Source of the DNA: Azolla caroliniana
Lineage: Eukaryota; Plantae; Polypodiophyta
Length of the DNA stretch: 64,000 nt
Reading direction: 5' to 3'
Assembly: GCA_043228905.1 (NCBI GenBank)
Contig: JBHGNT010000007.1
Span: forward strand, 8,928,001-8,992,000
The notes under the pieces were generated by a model, which made no database searches, was not told where the DNA came from, and worked only from the letters and a program-made list of their open reading frames with translations. The translations under genes and the position numbers were made by a program. Positions 1 through 12,200 of the stretch are shown piece by piece (position 1 is the first letter of the stretch; each line of letters starts with the position of its first letter).

Positions 1-53
1 GCCTCCTAGCTATCCTTGTATATTCTTTCTACATAATATATCTTTTGTCATCA

Positions 54-94
<41 letters not shown>

Positions 95-140
95 TTCTAC
101 ACCCTCTTTTCCTCTTAGTACTAATCTCCTCTTTGTCTCC
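1..140 (+). mobile_element. Distal part of an LTR-like repeat with (CT)n, cut by the window edge
   Basis: 1-100 matches 4168-4242 plus 4431-4454. Confidence 0.65.
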
Positions 141-142
141 GT

Positions 143-1400
143 AGCCGTCTGATCGAAGGCATCAGACATGCCTACCGGTTGCCTTTTCGACTTCGTTTTT
201 GAACCTTAGGAAGTGTCTGAACACTTCGCTCTTCTGCCGCATGGAGTAGATCCAAGTATGTCTGGAGAAGTCATTGATGAACGTTACATAGTACCAGAAA
301 CCACCGAATGTTTCTGTGTTGGCTGGTCCCCATACATCTGAATGTATTACATCCAGGATCCCTTTGCTTGTGTTCCTCTACTTTGGGAACAGTTGTCGGT
401 GTTGTTTGCCGAATTGACAAGCTTCGCACACGCCTGCAATTTCCTTTTCGGTGAAGGTCGGGAGTCTGGTGACAACTCCTTTCGATTGCATTCCCTTGAG
501 CTTTTGGAGATTCACGTGGCCTATCCTCTTGTGCCACAACTCTATGTCGGCGTCGGCTCTTTGGCCCTTGGCATACATTGCTGAGTTCATCTCGTGAGAG
601 TCAAGGATGAACATCCGACCTTCTCTCCGACCGTGAACGATAAGTCGGCCTTCTTTTTCAATGAAGCAACCTACATCATTGAAGCGGACTTGCATGCCTT
701 GTTCGACTCTCTGGCCAACTGAGACCAAGTTCTTTGTTATTGTAGGAACATGCAAAACGTTCTTGATGTATGTTTGGTTGCCTTCTTCCCCAAATGGGAC
801 ATTGCCGATATGTTGAATGGGGTGAATTGTATCATGCCCAGTTTCCACATAGTCGGGTCATTCAGGCTTTTGTAGGTCCTTGAACCAATCCTCATGGGAT
901 GTCATGTGGTTCGATGCGTCCAAGTCGACAAACCATACATCTTCTAGTTTGGAGCTGTTGGTCGGGTTTGAGGTTGCCATTGAGTGCGCTCTGTGTCTCA
1001 TCACAAACATTCTGCCACGATTATCGTAGTCGGAGTTGGAGGCGTAGTTTGTGAGTTGTCGGCTTGTGGAGGCCGACTGACTCTTCTTTTTCCGACACTC
1101 TGCCTCATAGAGGCCGAATTTACCACAGTATCCTCACTGAGCGAGATTGTTTTTTCGGTTGGCTCCGGCCTGATTCCTCCCCCTTCTTCCGGATGCTTCG
1201 CCTCATGCGTTTGAGACGTCTTGTCGGTAATAGAAGTTGTGTTCTTGGGGTTGCTCTTGGCCAAATCGTCCTCTTCTCCCCCGACCTTGTCCTCTTCCTC
1301 CATCGAAGTTCGAATAGATCATTTGTCCTTCTTGTGCATTGCTTCTTGTTCGAACATGATTCTCCTCAACCAACAACATCGACAGGAGATCGAAGGAGGG
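143..1400 (-). mobile_element. Ty1/copia fragment: degenerate gag region, protease, GAG-pre-integrase and integrase N-part
   Basis: Minus strand VWFVDLDASNHM, NVLHVPTITKNLVSVGQ, LWHKRIGHVN, CEACQFGKQHR, ending at CLRSDG near 143. Confidence 0.9.
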
Positions 1401-1505
1401 AGGATTCTCCCTCGCGAGGACTGCCGACTGAATGCTCCTGAACCCGAGGTGTTAAGCCTTCGAGGCAAATCTGCACCATTTCATCATCGTCAATGCTAAC
1501 ATTGA

Positions 1506-3158
1506 TTGACCCGAGGGCATCGCACAGATGAAGAATTCAATTTCGGGTTGGCTAAAGAAGCTGAAGGCGGAAACAAGGGAAGCAACCGAAGGGAAGAACC
1601 GGAGTCAGCCGAACAAGGGGGAGATGAAGCCAAGAAGGGCGAGAAGGCCAAGACCAAGACACGGTCTGATGTGGTTAAGGGCCTGAAGACAAAAGACGAA
1701 TTGGCGACAACCAATTTGGGCAAGAGCGGAAGCGAATCGGAGACAACTGATTTGGTTCGAATGTTCGATTCGGAGACGCCGAATCAACTGAAGGCCAAGC
1801 GAAGGAAAGTGCAGCGTAAGAGGAGTAGCATGATCGTGTGGAGTAGCAAGAAGCAGCCGACAATTGCACTGTCGAGCACAGAGGCTGAGTATCGAGGAGC
1901 GGTTGTCGCAACGTGCGAAGCCATTTGGCTGAAGTGGCTACTTCAGGACCTGCAGGTGGAGGTGTTCGATCCGACGAGGATACTGCGACAACCTCAGCAA
2001 CATTCAACTTGCGAAGAACCCCGTCTTCCACGCCCGGACTAAGAACATTGAGGTGCACTACCACTTTGTTTGTGAGTGTGTCCTCTCTCGTGAAGTTGAG
2101 CTTTAGTATGTTTCGACGGATCAGCAGAACGCTGACATTTTCACCAAGCCCCTTGGTCTGAACAAGTTGCGGCAATTCTGGGTGCGCTTAAGTTGCGGCA
2201 CCTCGATGTGTCGAACTTGAGGGGGAGAAAAGTCCCGCAAGATGAAGGAAAGGAGCAAGGAAGGAGCGGAAATGTCTGCGACATCAAATCGGATGACGAA
2301 TTCGATTTAGTGTTGGCTGAAGAAGTCGAAGGTGGATCCATGGAAGAGTCCGGAAGCGGACGAGAGGGCAGCAGCCAAAAGAAAGAGCTAGAGCCAACCA
2401 AACATGGGGGAGATGACGCCAACAAGGGCGAGAAGGCCAAAATTGAGGACGAATTGGAGACAACCAATTCGATTAGAAGCATAGACAAATTGGAGGCAGT
2501 CGATTCGGTTCGGATGTTTGATTCAGAGACGCGGAATCAACTGAAGGCCAAGCGGAATAAAGGGCAGCAGAAGAGGCGCCATCATCGTGACAGTTGGGAG
2601 CTAGAAAAGGCCGCACGAGCAGACAAGCCGACCGTAAGGGTCGAGGCGCACGGAATCGAACGGGTCGAGGAGCGCGAGCGAGGCGTGAAGCCAAGAGAAA
2701 CCAGAGCGAAGGACCGGAAGAGCCTCAAGTTGAGCTTGAGGGGGAGTGTTGAGATACAAGCTCACCATTGGCCGGATCGGTTGTGCAAACCGAGAACCGG
2801 ATCGGTTCGTAAACTGGTGTGCAAACCGGTGCGCAACAAGAGGCCGAATCGGTGTGGCAACCGGGAGGCCGTTGAACAGATATTCCGCGAGGGAATATAT
2901 TTGGGAGTTAGTGTAGGAGCTCAGTTATGAGCATTGAAGTACGTGTCAGTACTTTTGTCAGTCTGTATGGACTTGTATAAAAGTGCTCTCTGAGCACATC
3001 CTATGTACAGAGTTTACACATTATTTTGAATTCAGTTTTTCTGTGTGTTTTTCCCTCTCCGTCTCTCCTGCATACATTGTGTCTTAAGCTCTCCATTAAA
3101 CCTGTTTTTTTTCTGTCAGTATTCTTTGTTTCGTATAGCTTCTGCACGTAACATTTCA
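1506..3158 (+). mobile_element. Ty1/copia 3' fragment (family A): RNase H, charged tail, PPT and 3' LTR (2747-3158)
   Basis: WSSKKQPTIALSSTEAEY; PPT GAGCTTGAGGGGGAG ending 2746; LTR TGTTGAG...TTTCA related to the LTRs at 14886, 29305 and 46622. Confidence 0.88.
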
Positions 3159-3169
3159 CAATCCTCATG

Positions 3170-3924
3170 ATAGGAACATCCAATCTCCCAAACTCACCTC
3201 ATGATGGGAACATCCAATCTCCCAAACTCACTATCGGATAAGTGAGTTGATTCATTTCCAACTAAGTCTTCGTACTTAGGCATTTTGGCCTTTCCTTTGT
3301 CCTATTTCGAACTCAGCCGCGATGTGCTTTGGTCACTTGGAGGCTCTTGTGGTCCACTCAACTTGGTTGAGATTGGACTTTCCTCTAATGTGAACCTCGG
3401 TCAATCATCCTCCTCCGCATCTGTGTCGAACGGGGCTGATTCGACTGTATACCAGGATGTTGATTCATCGAGTACTACATCCCTACTCACTCGTAGCTTT
3501 TTGGTGGAAGGGTTGAAGCACTTATACCCTTTTTGCTCGAGTGAGTACCCTACTAGTATACATTTCTCCGACTTGAGATCAAGCTTCTATCACAGGTCGT
3601 CGGGAATATGTACATATGCAATTGAACCAAACATCCTAACATGAGATAGATCCAGTTTCTTCCCATAGAACTTTTTGTAGGGGGTAAGTTCGTGCACTCC
3701 TAACGTTGTGCAATGATTCATCAAATAAATGGCCGTATTCACCGCTTCAGCCCAATATGACTTTGGCAGATGTTTCTCATTCATCATTGCCCTTGCCACC
3801 TCGAGCATGTGCCAATTCTTGCATTCGGCTACTCCGTTCTGCTGATGTGTGTGTCGGTAGGTAAACTCCCGCCGAATTCCTTCTTCTTGAAGATATGTTA
3901 TAAAGGCATCGGAAAAGTACTCCT
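3170..3924 (-). mobile_element. Ty1/copia integrase core and C-terminal fragment
   Basis: KEYFSDAF...QQNGVAECKN...YWAEAVNTAIYL...FGSIAYVHIPD. Confidence 0.9.
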
Positions 3925-4455
3925 TGTCATGATATGGCAAGATTCAAACCCATGACCTTATGTTACATGGGTCGAGCCCTTGCCATTAAACTAGACATTG
4001 TAATACGAAGGATATTATTTTCATTTATTATTTCACTATAGAAAATTGATGTATATTCCAGATTTCTCTGGAACATTCTAGAAACTTCAGAAGTACTCCT
4101 GAAAATCCTATATAAGGAGGCACAAGGCATTATTTCGAACCAAATTGGTTCAACGCCAGTCTTAAGACTCCTAACTATCCTTATATATTCTTTCTACATA
4201 ATATATCTTTTGTCATCATCATTTTCTCTCTCTCTCTCTCTCTTATCGTAATTAGCTTACCCTAGTGGTAAGTCGATAACACTACAAGCACTGTGTCTTG
4301 AGTTTGAAACCCAATTTCCTCATCTCTCTATTATATACTTCATATATATCTCTATTTCACTAGATGCCACTGTGGAATGTACCTTGTCTCCATTGGGCAA
4401 CCTTACCAACTGAGCTACATCCATCTGGGCTCTCTCTCTCTCTCTTGTGTTCTAT
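3925..4455 (+). mobile_element. Truncated LTR-like insertion starting TGTCATGA, with tRNA-like head and nested SINE-like insert
   Basis: Abrupt TG start interrupting copia integrase; TATA-like CCTATATAAG near 4107; shares sequence with 1-100. Confidence 0.7.
4245..4430. mobile_element. Two tRNA-derived SINE-like heads in opposite orientation inside a (CT)n tract
   Basis: Plus strand TAGCTTACCCTAGTGGTAAG ... GAGTTTGAAACCC; minus strand TAGCTCAGTTGGTAAG; absent from the sister copy at 1-100. Confidence 0.6.
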
Positions 4456-4579
4456 TCGGGTTCAATCTCCAACTTAGGTCAAAATTCAAATTTAAAATTT
4501 TAAAATTTTAAAATTTTAAAGATTTTCCTAAAATGTGAGAATAAGGTTTGAAAATGAAAGGATTGTTTTAAAAGAAAAT

Positions 4580-4710
4580 AAAAAAAACCATTTAAATCGT
4601 GGTTTCTAACTGTTGAAACCGAACCGTTTAAACCGTTAAGCTGTTAAGCTGTTAAGCCACGATTTTGCGGTTTGGTTCGGTTCAAACCAACCCGTTGTCG
4701 ACTGTTACTC
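4580..4710. repeat. Probable DNA-transposon (hAT-like) subterminal segment
   Basis: Clustered AAACCG/CGGTTT motifs and GCTGTTAA tandem copies. Confidence 0.4.
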
Positions 4711-5872
4711 AAATCCAACCTTTCCCTAAGTATCTGATTTGTACCCTGAAATTTCTCAATGGAGGATACATTACATTTTTTGTGAATGAGAATACCAAAG
4801 CAGTTCCTCATTATTTTGGAATCACATTAAAACACACATTTTACTATTCTTCCCGAAATAGGTAAATACTAGAGAGGTGGTCTAGTTTAAATGACAATTG
4901 TCGCTATAATTCTTCCATAGATTACAATAATTTCAGGAAATGTGAATCCAAATTACACAAGTTTTTATATATAATTGAGCCTTTTTACATAGATGGGGTG
5001 AGAGAATTATGATGAGAATGAATTTTGGAGATATGCTCTTTAGTTTCAACATGGTGAGTTCAAGATCAATGACGATGTTGCCTTGATCATCATAGATCTC
5101 CCACACCCTCGTGATTCACAACCCCATGGTTCCATTTATAGTCAAAGCCCACACATTTGATTCCCGAATGGGAGTACCCAACAATGAGATATCTTGCTCA
5201 TGATAAAGCATTTCAAAGTTCTCTTGGCAGATAAATTTAGTATCATATTCATAAAATGTGTTGGACAAGAACTTTGAAGTGCTATGATTCAACGAAAGGT
5301 CGACTATCAAATGATTGTCCCTAGTGTATACACTTGGGCAACAGATACATATGCGAAAAGTTTGAGCCACGTCTCTACATTTTTGAACAATTTGGCAAGT
5401 GCTTAGTATATATGTGACAAACATCAACAACATGTGTATTAAACCCTTCGCTTTGTTCAATTTTCCCTTATGAAGGAGACAAAAAGGCAAGAAATAAAAT
5501 AAACAACATCAACAATCCTAGCCTTTCCTTTTGTGGTATTGTTGATGTAAGGCAAAGGCTTAGACCGAGCAAGAAAGGTATGAGAGACATGGACATGAAA
5601 GTGAAGTGGAAAGACACAATAAAAGGCCAACAAGTGGCCACTATAACTGTGACAGAATTGGTTTTATGCCTAGTGTGGTGAATGCCACTATAACTGTGAG
5701 CATTTTAGCCTACGAATACATCCTAGAGCCCAACGTCTCCAAAACAGTGTGAATGAGCCAATGGCTACATCAATGAACGAACCAATGGCATGGATATTCC
5801 TTTGTCCAAACTTTGGCTCAAACACATTACATTAAGATACATCAAATATGGACCCATATAGACGTACTCAGA

Positions 5873-6030
5873 CACATACAATCAAATACAAATACAAATA
5901 CAGATACAAATACAGATATAAATACAGATATAAATACGAATACGACCATAAATACAAATACAAATACAAAAACAAGTACGCAATACAAATACAAATGCAA
6001 ATCCACAAAACACAACAAATACAATCACAA
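5873..6030 (+). repeat. (AAATAC)n-type hexamer microsatellite just upstream of the DCP5 start codon
   Basis: About 25 degenerate AAATAC/AGATAC/AGATAT units. Confidence 0.9.
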
Positions 6031-6086
6031 TTCTTGCTTCTTAATCTTCTTCTTTTTCTTCTTCAAGCTCCCTTCTCTGCAGAGCT

Positions 6087-6213
6087 ATGGCGGAGAATGG
6101 TGCTGATCAATACATCGGAAGCCTCATTAGCCTCACTTCCAAGAGTGAGATCAGATATGAGGGTCTTCTTTACACCGTGGACACAGAGAATTCAAATATC
6201 GCTCTTCAAAACG
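6087..6213 (+). CDS. DCP5: DCP5-like exon 1 (LSm14 domain N-half)
   Basis: [42 protein letters not shown], then donor GTGAG at 6214 (phase 1). Confidence 0.95.
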
Positions 6214-9200
6214 GTGAGAGAAACACTTATTTATCTCTCGTTCTCCTGCTCTCGCTGTGCTTTTGCTTCACAGATATTATAAATGATATCGTAAACGTAG
6301 TTCTTATAGACTTGGCAGGATCTGAACTTCACAGATCTTATTGCCTAACGGCATAGAAAGGAAAATGAAACGTTTTACGAAGAATATTTCTTGGAAACAT
6401 GGAAAAGATGATGAAAACACGAATGATTCACGACGTTACATCAAAAAATCTGCCAAAAGTATAGTGAAACAAAGAATTGTCCGTGTATTGTCTTGATAAA
6501 AATTATATTTTGTTGCCAAAAATGTTTGAAGAAATCAGCTTATAAACGTGGAGGATATGATGAAACAAGTACATTTCATACAAGAATGGTTCATGCATTG
6601 CAGAGACATGGAAAATTTGCTGAAAGTAATAATAATTCATGATATTCCATAGTGAAATCTGCTTAGAAACATGGAAAGTATCGCGAAGCAACGCATGTTT
6701 CATTTATCATCTCATCCTTTTTTCGTAAAAATTTTGCAGATGCATCAAATGACAATGAAGCACCTGTATATCTTGTTTATAAAATACTTCTTTTTATAAA
6801 TCTTCTTTGAATCGTGTAAAATATGTGGTCATCCTATAATGGTTAATATATTATGGCATATTGGTTTTCAAGAAATGGTATTCTTGTGAGACTGTATCAA
6901 ATAGTAGTGAAGCACCTTGTATGGAGTAGTTTTACCTTGTTTATGCAGACAGGATGAAGTATAATATGAAGACCTATGCTTACAAGCATGGAAATGACGC
7001 TGAAATAAGCATACTCATACAGGAATGGTTCCTGCATAGATTTTACTGAAAAATGGGTTGAGTATCTTGATTTTGGAGACTGTATCACTGGTGATAATGG
7101 CATTATACACACAGTTTAAGGGACAAAGAATTTTTTTATAAATAAATATTTTGAGAACATGTAAATTATGCTGAAACAAGAATTATTGAATTCCAGTACC
7201 TTCTGAAGAAAATTTTGTACCTTGTTTATAAGAAGGAAAATGAAATGCTTTGCATAACTTTCTTATTAGATAAACAAAATACTTTATGAAGAATTTTTCT
7301 CAGAGACATGGAAGTTGATGAAACACTATCTTTTTGTAATAATGGGTGGAATAGCTTTCATCTCATGTCCATGTTAATAGTTTCAAATATATGGAAATAA
7401 CCTTACACTTATTATGAACCTTATCACTCACCAAAGTATTTATACAAAAAGTAGTCACATCACTTCTACTCAGATTTCGTGTGCAAAGGTTTGGGAAACA
7501 GTTTTGGGGGTTTGAAAAGATTATTTGCTCCAATGGGAATGATTTTAGGCATTTGAACCATGTGGATGACCCTAGATATCCCAGAGATCTCTTCTGCAGC
7601 AATCTGAGTGAGATTACAGACGATGACACCTAGCTCAGACGATGACACCTAGCTCTCTAAGGGGATGGATTGTCATGACCTTAAGGTACTCTTAGATACA
7701 TTAGGAGGGAGAGATTGCTGTGCTAGCACCTTGGGGATTTCTGAAGTGGGCTAAGTGGTAGCCCTTTCAACAAGCTTTCCCTATCCACTACAGTTAAGTT
7801 CTTGAAAATTGGCAATGTCATCAAAATGAAACATCTTGTTTCAGTCTGGAAGTTTCACTCCTCAAAAGGGGCTGAACCAAACGTCTATATCAGAAATTTC
7901 ACTTCGATATATCCATGAATATCTTACATGATATGGCACATGTCCATTTCATAACACTGAAATGTTATCAGTTCCGAACTTTGTCCTCCTAAAAATCAGA
8001 AATTTGAAGGAAAAAATCAGAATGTCAGCTCATCTCCTAGTTCTTGGAGACCCCAAAAGGGGGATGCTAGAAATGTGACAGTGCCAAAACAATCAATGTT
8101 AATTATCAAATTTTCTTTCCTCCTGCTTGAAGTTTTCATGGCATCAAATGATAATTAAAATCATACTCTCTCTCTTATGGCACAAGGAAATATTTAAAGA
8201 GTAAATCTGCTTAGAAATTTTCAGGTATTATGTCCAAGATCATATCAAAAGATATCAAATGATGATGAACCTTTCCTTATTTTATGGGCAATTGTCTCAA
8301 TAATGAAAATTCTGCAAGTCCGATCCTATAGAGCTTAGTTATAAGATAGACGAAAATAAAAAATGCATCTAAGTATGCTGGAATGAGAATAGTTCATGTC
8401 ACCTTGCAAAAAATGATTAAAATCTCCAATTAGCTGATCCAAGATAGAGGTCGTGAGAGCAAGAAAAGTGCCCCAGTGTCAAGTGATGGTAGGTATAATG
8501 TGGAAATGGTATGGGTATAGTGAATCTGGCTAGATTGCACAACAGAATGATATGCCTCAATCTATGTTAGTACTTCTTGATTGGTAGGGAGTGTTCTTGT
8601 TAAGGGGTGTATAGATATATAAATCTAATGGCATCACGAGAGGGTTTAGTGAATGTGGCTAGATTGCACAACAGAATGATATGCTTCAATCTATGTTAGT
8701 ACTTCTTGATTGGTAGGGAGTGTTCTTGTTAAGGGGTGTATAGATATATAAATCTAGTGGCATCACGAGAGGCAAAATATGGCCTGTGGGACTAGATTCG
8801 AAAAAGTGATTATTTGGGTTTCTAAGAGTGCCACTGTAAGTTCAACACTATAATTGGCTGTACGTTTGAGACTTGCTCATAGTTTATTATAAAAAACAAT
8901 ATCCAAAAAACTAGATAAAATGTCTTGTACAAAAGAGAACCTTACACATACTACTAATGAATATCATTCCTTTTTTATGACACTATTATGACTTTCTTGT
9001 AACAATTCACACAATTTCCTGCGAATTTGCTTATCATGTCATCGTCTTCCAAAATGCACGGCAGAAAATCTGAAAATGCTCAAATATCACAATCCTGAAT
9101 GTGTGAATAATTTATGGACCATACATGAATCACGAGTACAATGTATGCTTGTCAGGTCAAAAGGTACGCTTATGCAAAGCAAGTAACAGAGCATTTTAGC

Positions 9201-12200
9201 AATTTGATGTTGGTTCTGTGTTGTATTCATGGCATCACTTCAGCTAGACATGTGTGTAGTACTAAAGCATGTCTCAGAATACTTGAACTACATAGATTTA
9301 CTCTGTGATAAAATCACAGGCTTGCCATTTTAATAGGAGTGTTCAAAATTTATCATGTTTTCCATTTTGAATGGTTCAGTGAATGACATTTTTTGTTATT
9401 TGAGGTCTAGTTATTGTACATGCGAGAGATAATTTTCATGTGATGAGCAAATTTAACAACCTTCTCAAGCATGCATCACTAATTCATTTCTTTCTCTAGA
9501 AGACTAGTATCGTTATGATACAAAGTGATGCATGAACACAAGTTTTGAGTACAAAATTTATTTCCCAACCCCCAGAATTTCAGTGATCTACTGGAATTTG
9601 GGTCTGTCTGATGCTTGCGAAGATCAACGTTCATCTGAATAATCCGAAATGGACTATGAATGCTCAATGTTTATGTTATTAGATTGCTTTTGAACATTAT
9701 GATCACATTTTGCAATCCTGTTTAGATATGGTGTCATATCTCATCCCATACCTTTTAATGTGAATGGTGGTATCTTAGGCCACAGGTTGTCCTCTTACTG
9801 GATGTGCATTAGAATCAGCTTTATTGTTACAACCAGATTCTAATTTCTTAATATTTCTGTGTTGTATCAGTCCGTTCATTTGGAACAGAAGGCAGAAAAA
9901 ATGATGGTCCTCAGATTCCAGCTAGTGATAAAGTTTATGAGTTCATCATTTTTCGTGGTTCAGATATCAAAGTAAGTATATTTCTTTGAAGGATCAGTTA
10001 TCTCTAAAGGGAAAAAAAACTGGCGTTTGACTGTTAATTTTCATATAGGATTTGCAAGTGAAAACTTCTCCTCCTCTACTACCAATACATAATGACCCTG
10101 CTATAATTTCAATTCAGGTATGCATTCTGGTATTGATGTCCTTCAATGCAAGAAATATACACCACTTTCAGCATGTTTAAGAGATATAAAATCCGTCCTC
10201 AGTTGTCTGAAATTATAAGTATCATGTTTCAAAGGTTTTATAAGAAAACACGACCAAAACTTATTTCCAGCGTCCGTGTTCTATTTTCGACCAAACTTTG
10301 CTCTAGTTGCTAATTTATGCAAAATAGGGGCTGCTAATAATTTTTGGACGATTTTCTTGTCAATGTTTTTTTTCTGATTTTGTTTCATTATCAGTCAATA
10401 ATTGGAGAGTGACTTTACATAAGGCTTCTGACACAGCCATGCATTGTTGTAGTTCCTGATTTATGCAAAACAGGCTCTGTCAATAACTTTTGGGCGTATT
10501 TTCTCATCAATGCTATACATACTTTGCCCTAGCTGCTAATTTATGCAAAATAGGGGCCCCGATAACTTTTGGAATGATTTTCTCATCAATGTTTTTTTGT
10601 TCTGAATTTGTTTCATTATCTATCAGATTTGGAAAATGATGAGATATATGATTTCTTACATAGCCCTACCATGTTCTAGTTGCTAATTTATGCAAAGCAG
10701 GAGCTGTCAATAACATTTGGGACAATTTTTGCACTGATGATTTGTTTACAGTTGTCTTATCATCAACTATTAGTTGGAGACCGGACTTTTTATATGAATC
10801 CTACAGTTTAAAAAGTTAAAATTGAACAAAGAAATTGGAGCTAATTGTTGGCTATATCCTTTCTTTATTAATATTTTCATTACTTCAGGTAGTGTCAGAA
10901 ACTCATATGTATCCCCTATGGCAGTATATACTCAGTAATTTTTGTCTTTATCTGATTTTTTCAGTCAGAGATTTCTATTCTATTCACTCGCGTGCATTAA
11001 ATTTAATTGTCCGTGCTAATTTATTCTTACCAAGAGGTGGCAAGCTGGTTTACTGTATTGCCCTCTATTTTTAACCAAGTATAATCTGAACATCTGGTTT
11101 GCTGTCATTATGCTTTGCACCCAGAGATGTTTTATTTGGTGCCATGGTATCAAAATAGCATTAGTAGGAAACTATCAAAATTTTATTTGATTTTCATGAA
11201 TAAGTTGGAAACTTCTTCTTTCATGACAGGCAGAATCTTCTCGCAATATAGCAGCCCCTGCGCGTTATATGGCTTCTCCGATTGAAACTGTTATGGGCAA
11301 TGCAACTTCAGGACATTACAATCATAGTGTTCTTCCTTACCATCATCCAATTAGTTCAGATGCATCATTATGGGCTTCCTCTCGTCCACCTTTAGATCCA
11401 ATGACAAATACACAATTATATTGGCCAACATTAGATGCACAGAAGGCTTCAATTCCTCAAGCTTTTCCATGGCAAACATCATTTCCTCCACAATTACCAC
11501 CTGATTCATCATTGGCACAACCAGAAGCACTGGTATCATCACCATTGCCTGTAATATCTGCATCTCATATCAATTCAACATCTTTGGCAGTGAATCACTC
11601 TTCTTCTGAATCATTGATTGCTTCAAAAATCACCCCGACTCATATAGCAAACAAAGAATCAGATTCTGTTGATTCTTCAACAACTGTGATGAATCCAATT
11701 ACCTCAAGGTTGTCATCTGTGAATCCAATGGCTCATGTTTCCAGAGAAGTGGCAAGCTTATCTCCTCTAGATTCACGTCATGAAACTAAACATGCTTCTG
11801 TGCAACCTGCTAGAAATCGGAGACAGTTTGGCAATGGGAAAGGTAATACTACTGATCAGTCCGACTTTTCTCAAAAGGTTGGTTATCGTGGTGGTAAAGC
11901 TCCCATAATCCAGAAGCAAGTATATAGACCAGTGCAAGTAGGTTCTAGAGATTCTCTGAAAACAGGGGATCATCAAATTGTAACAAAGTCACAGCCATTG
12001 CTACCTCTTCCAGTTTCTTTTAATCAACACCAACCCTTAATTCAGGTTAGATTACTACATCTGAAGGTAGTGTATGCCTGTGTGAAGTTGGTTTTTTTAC
12101 GGCAATCCTAATGTATTTAATCGTTTCAGGTACATGATAGAGTTAGATCAAATCCCAATAGAAGAGGAAGGGGTAGAGGTAACATTGTCGATCAGACTAA

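Noticed and set aside
5813-6282. ORFs rich in NT, YK or VF dipeptides
   Set aside because: They are translations of the hexamer microsatellite.
10300-10760. CRISPR-like repeat-spacer pattern
   Set aside because: It lies in a eukaryotic intron, the repeats are degenerate, the spacers are themselves duplicated, and there are no cas genes.
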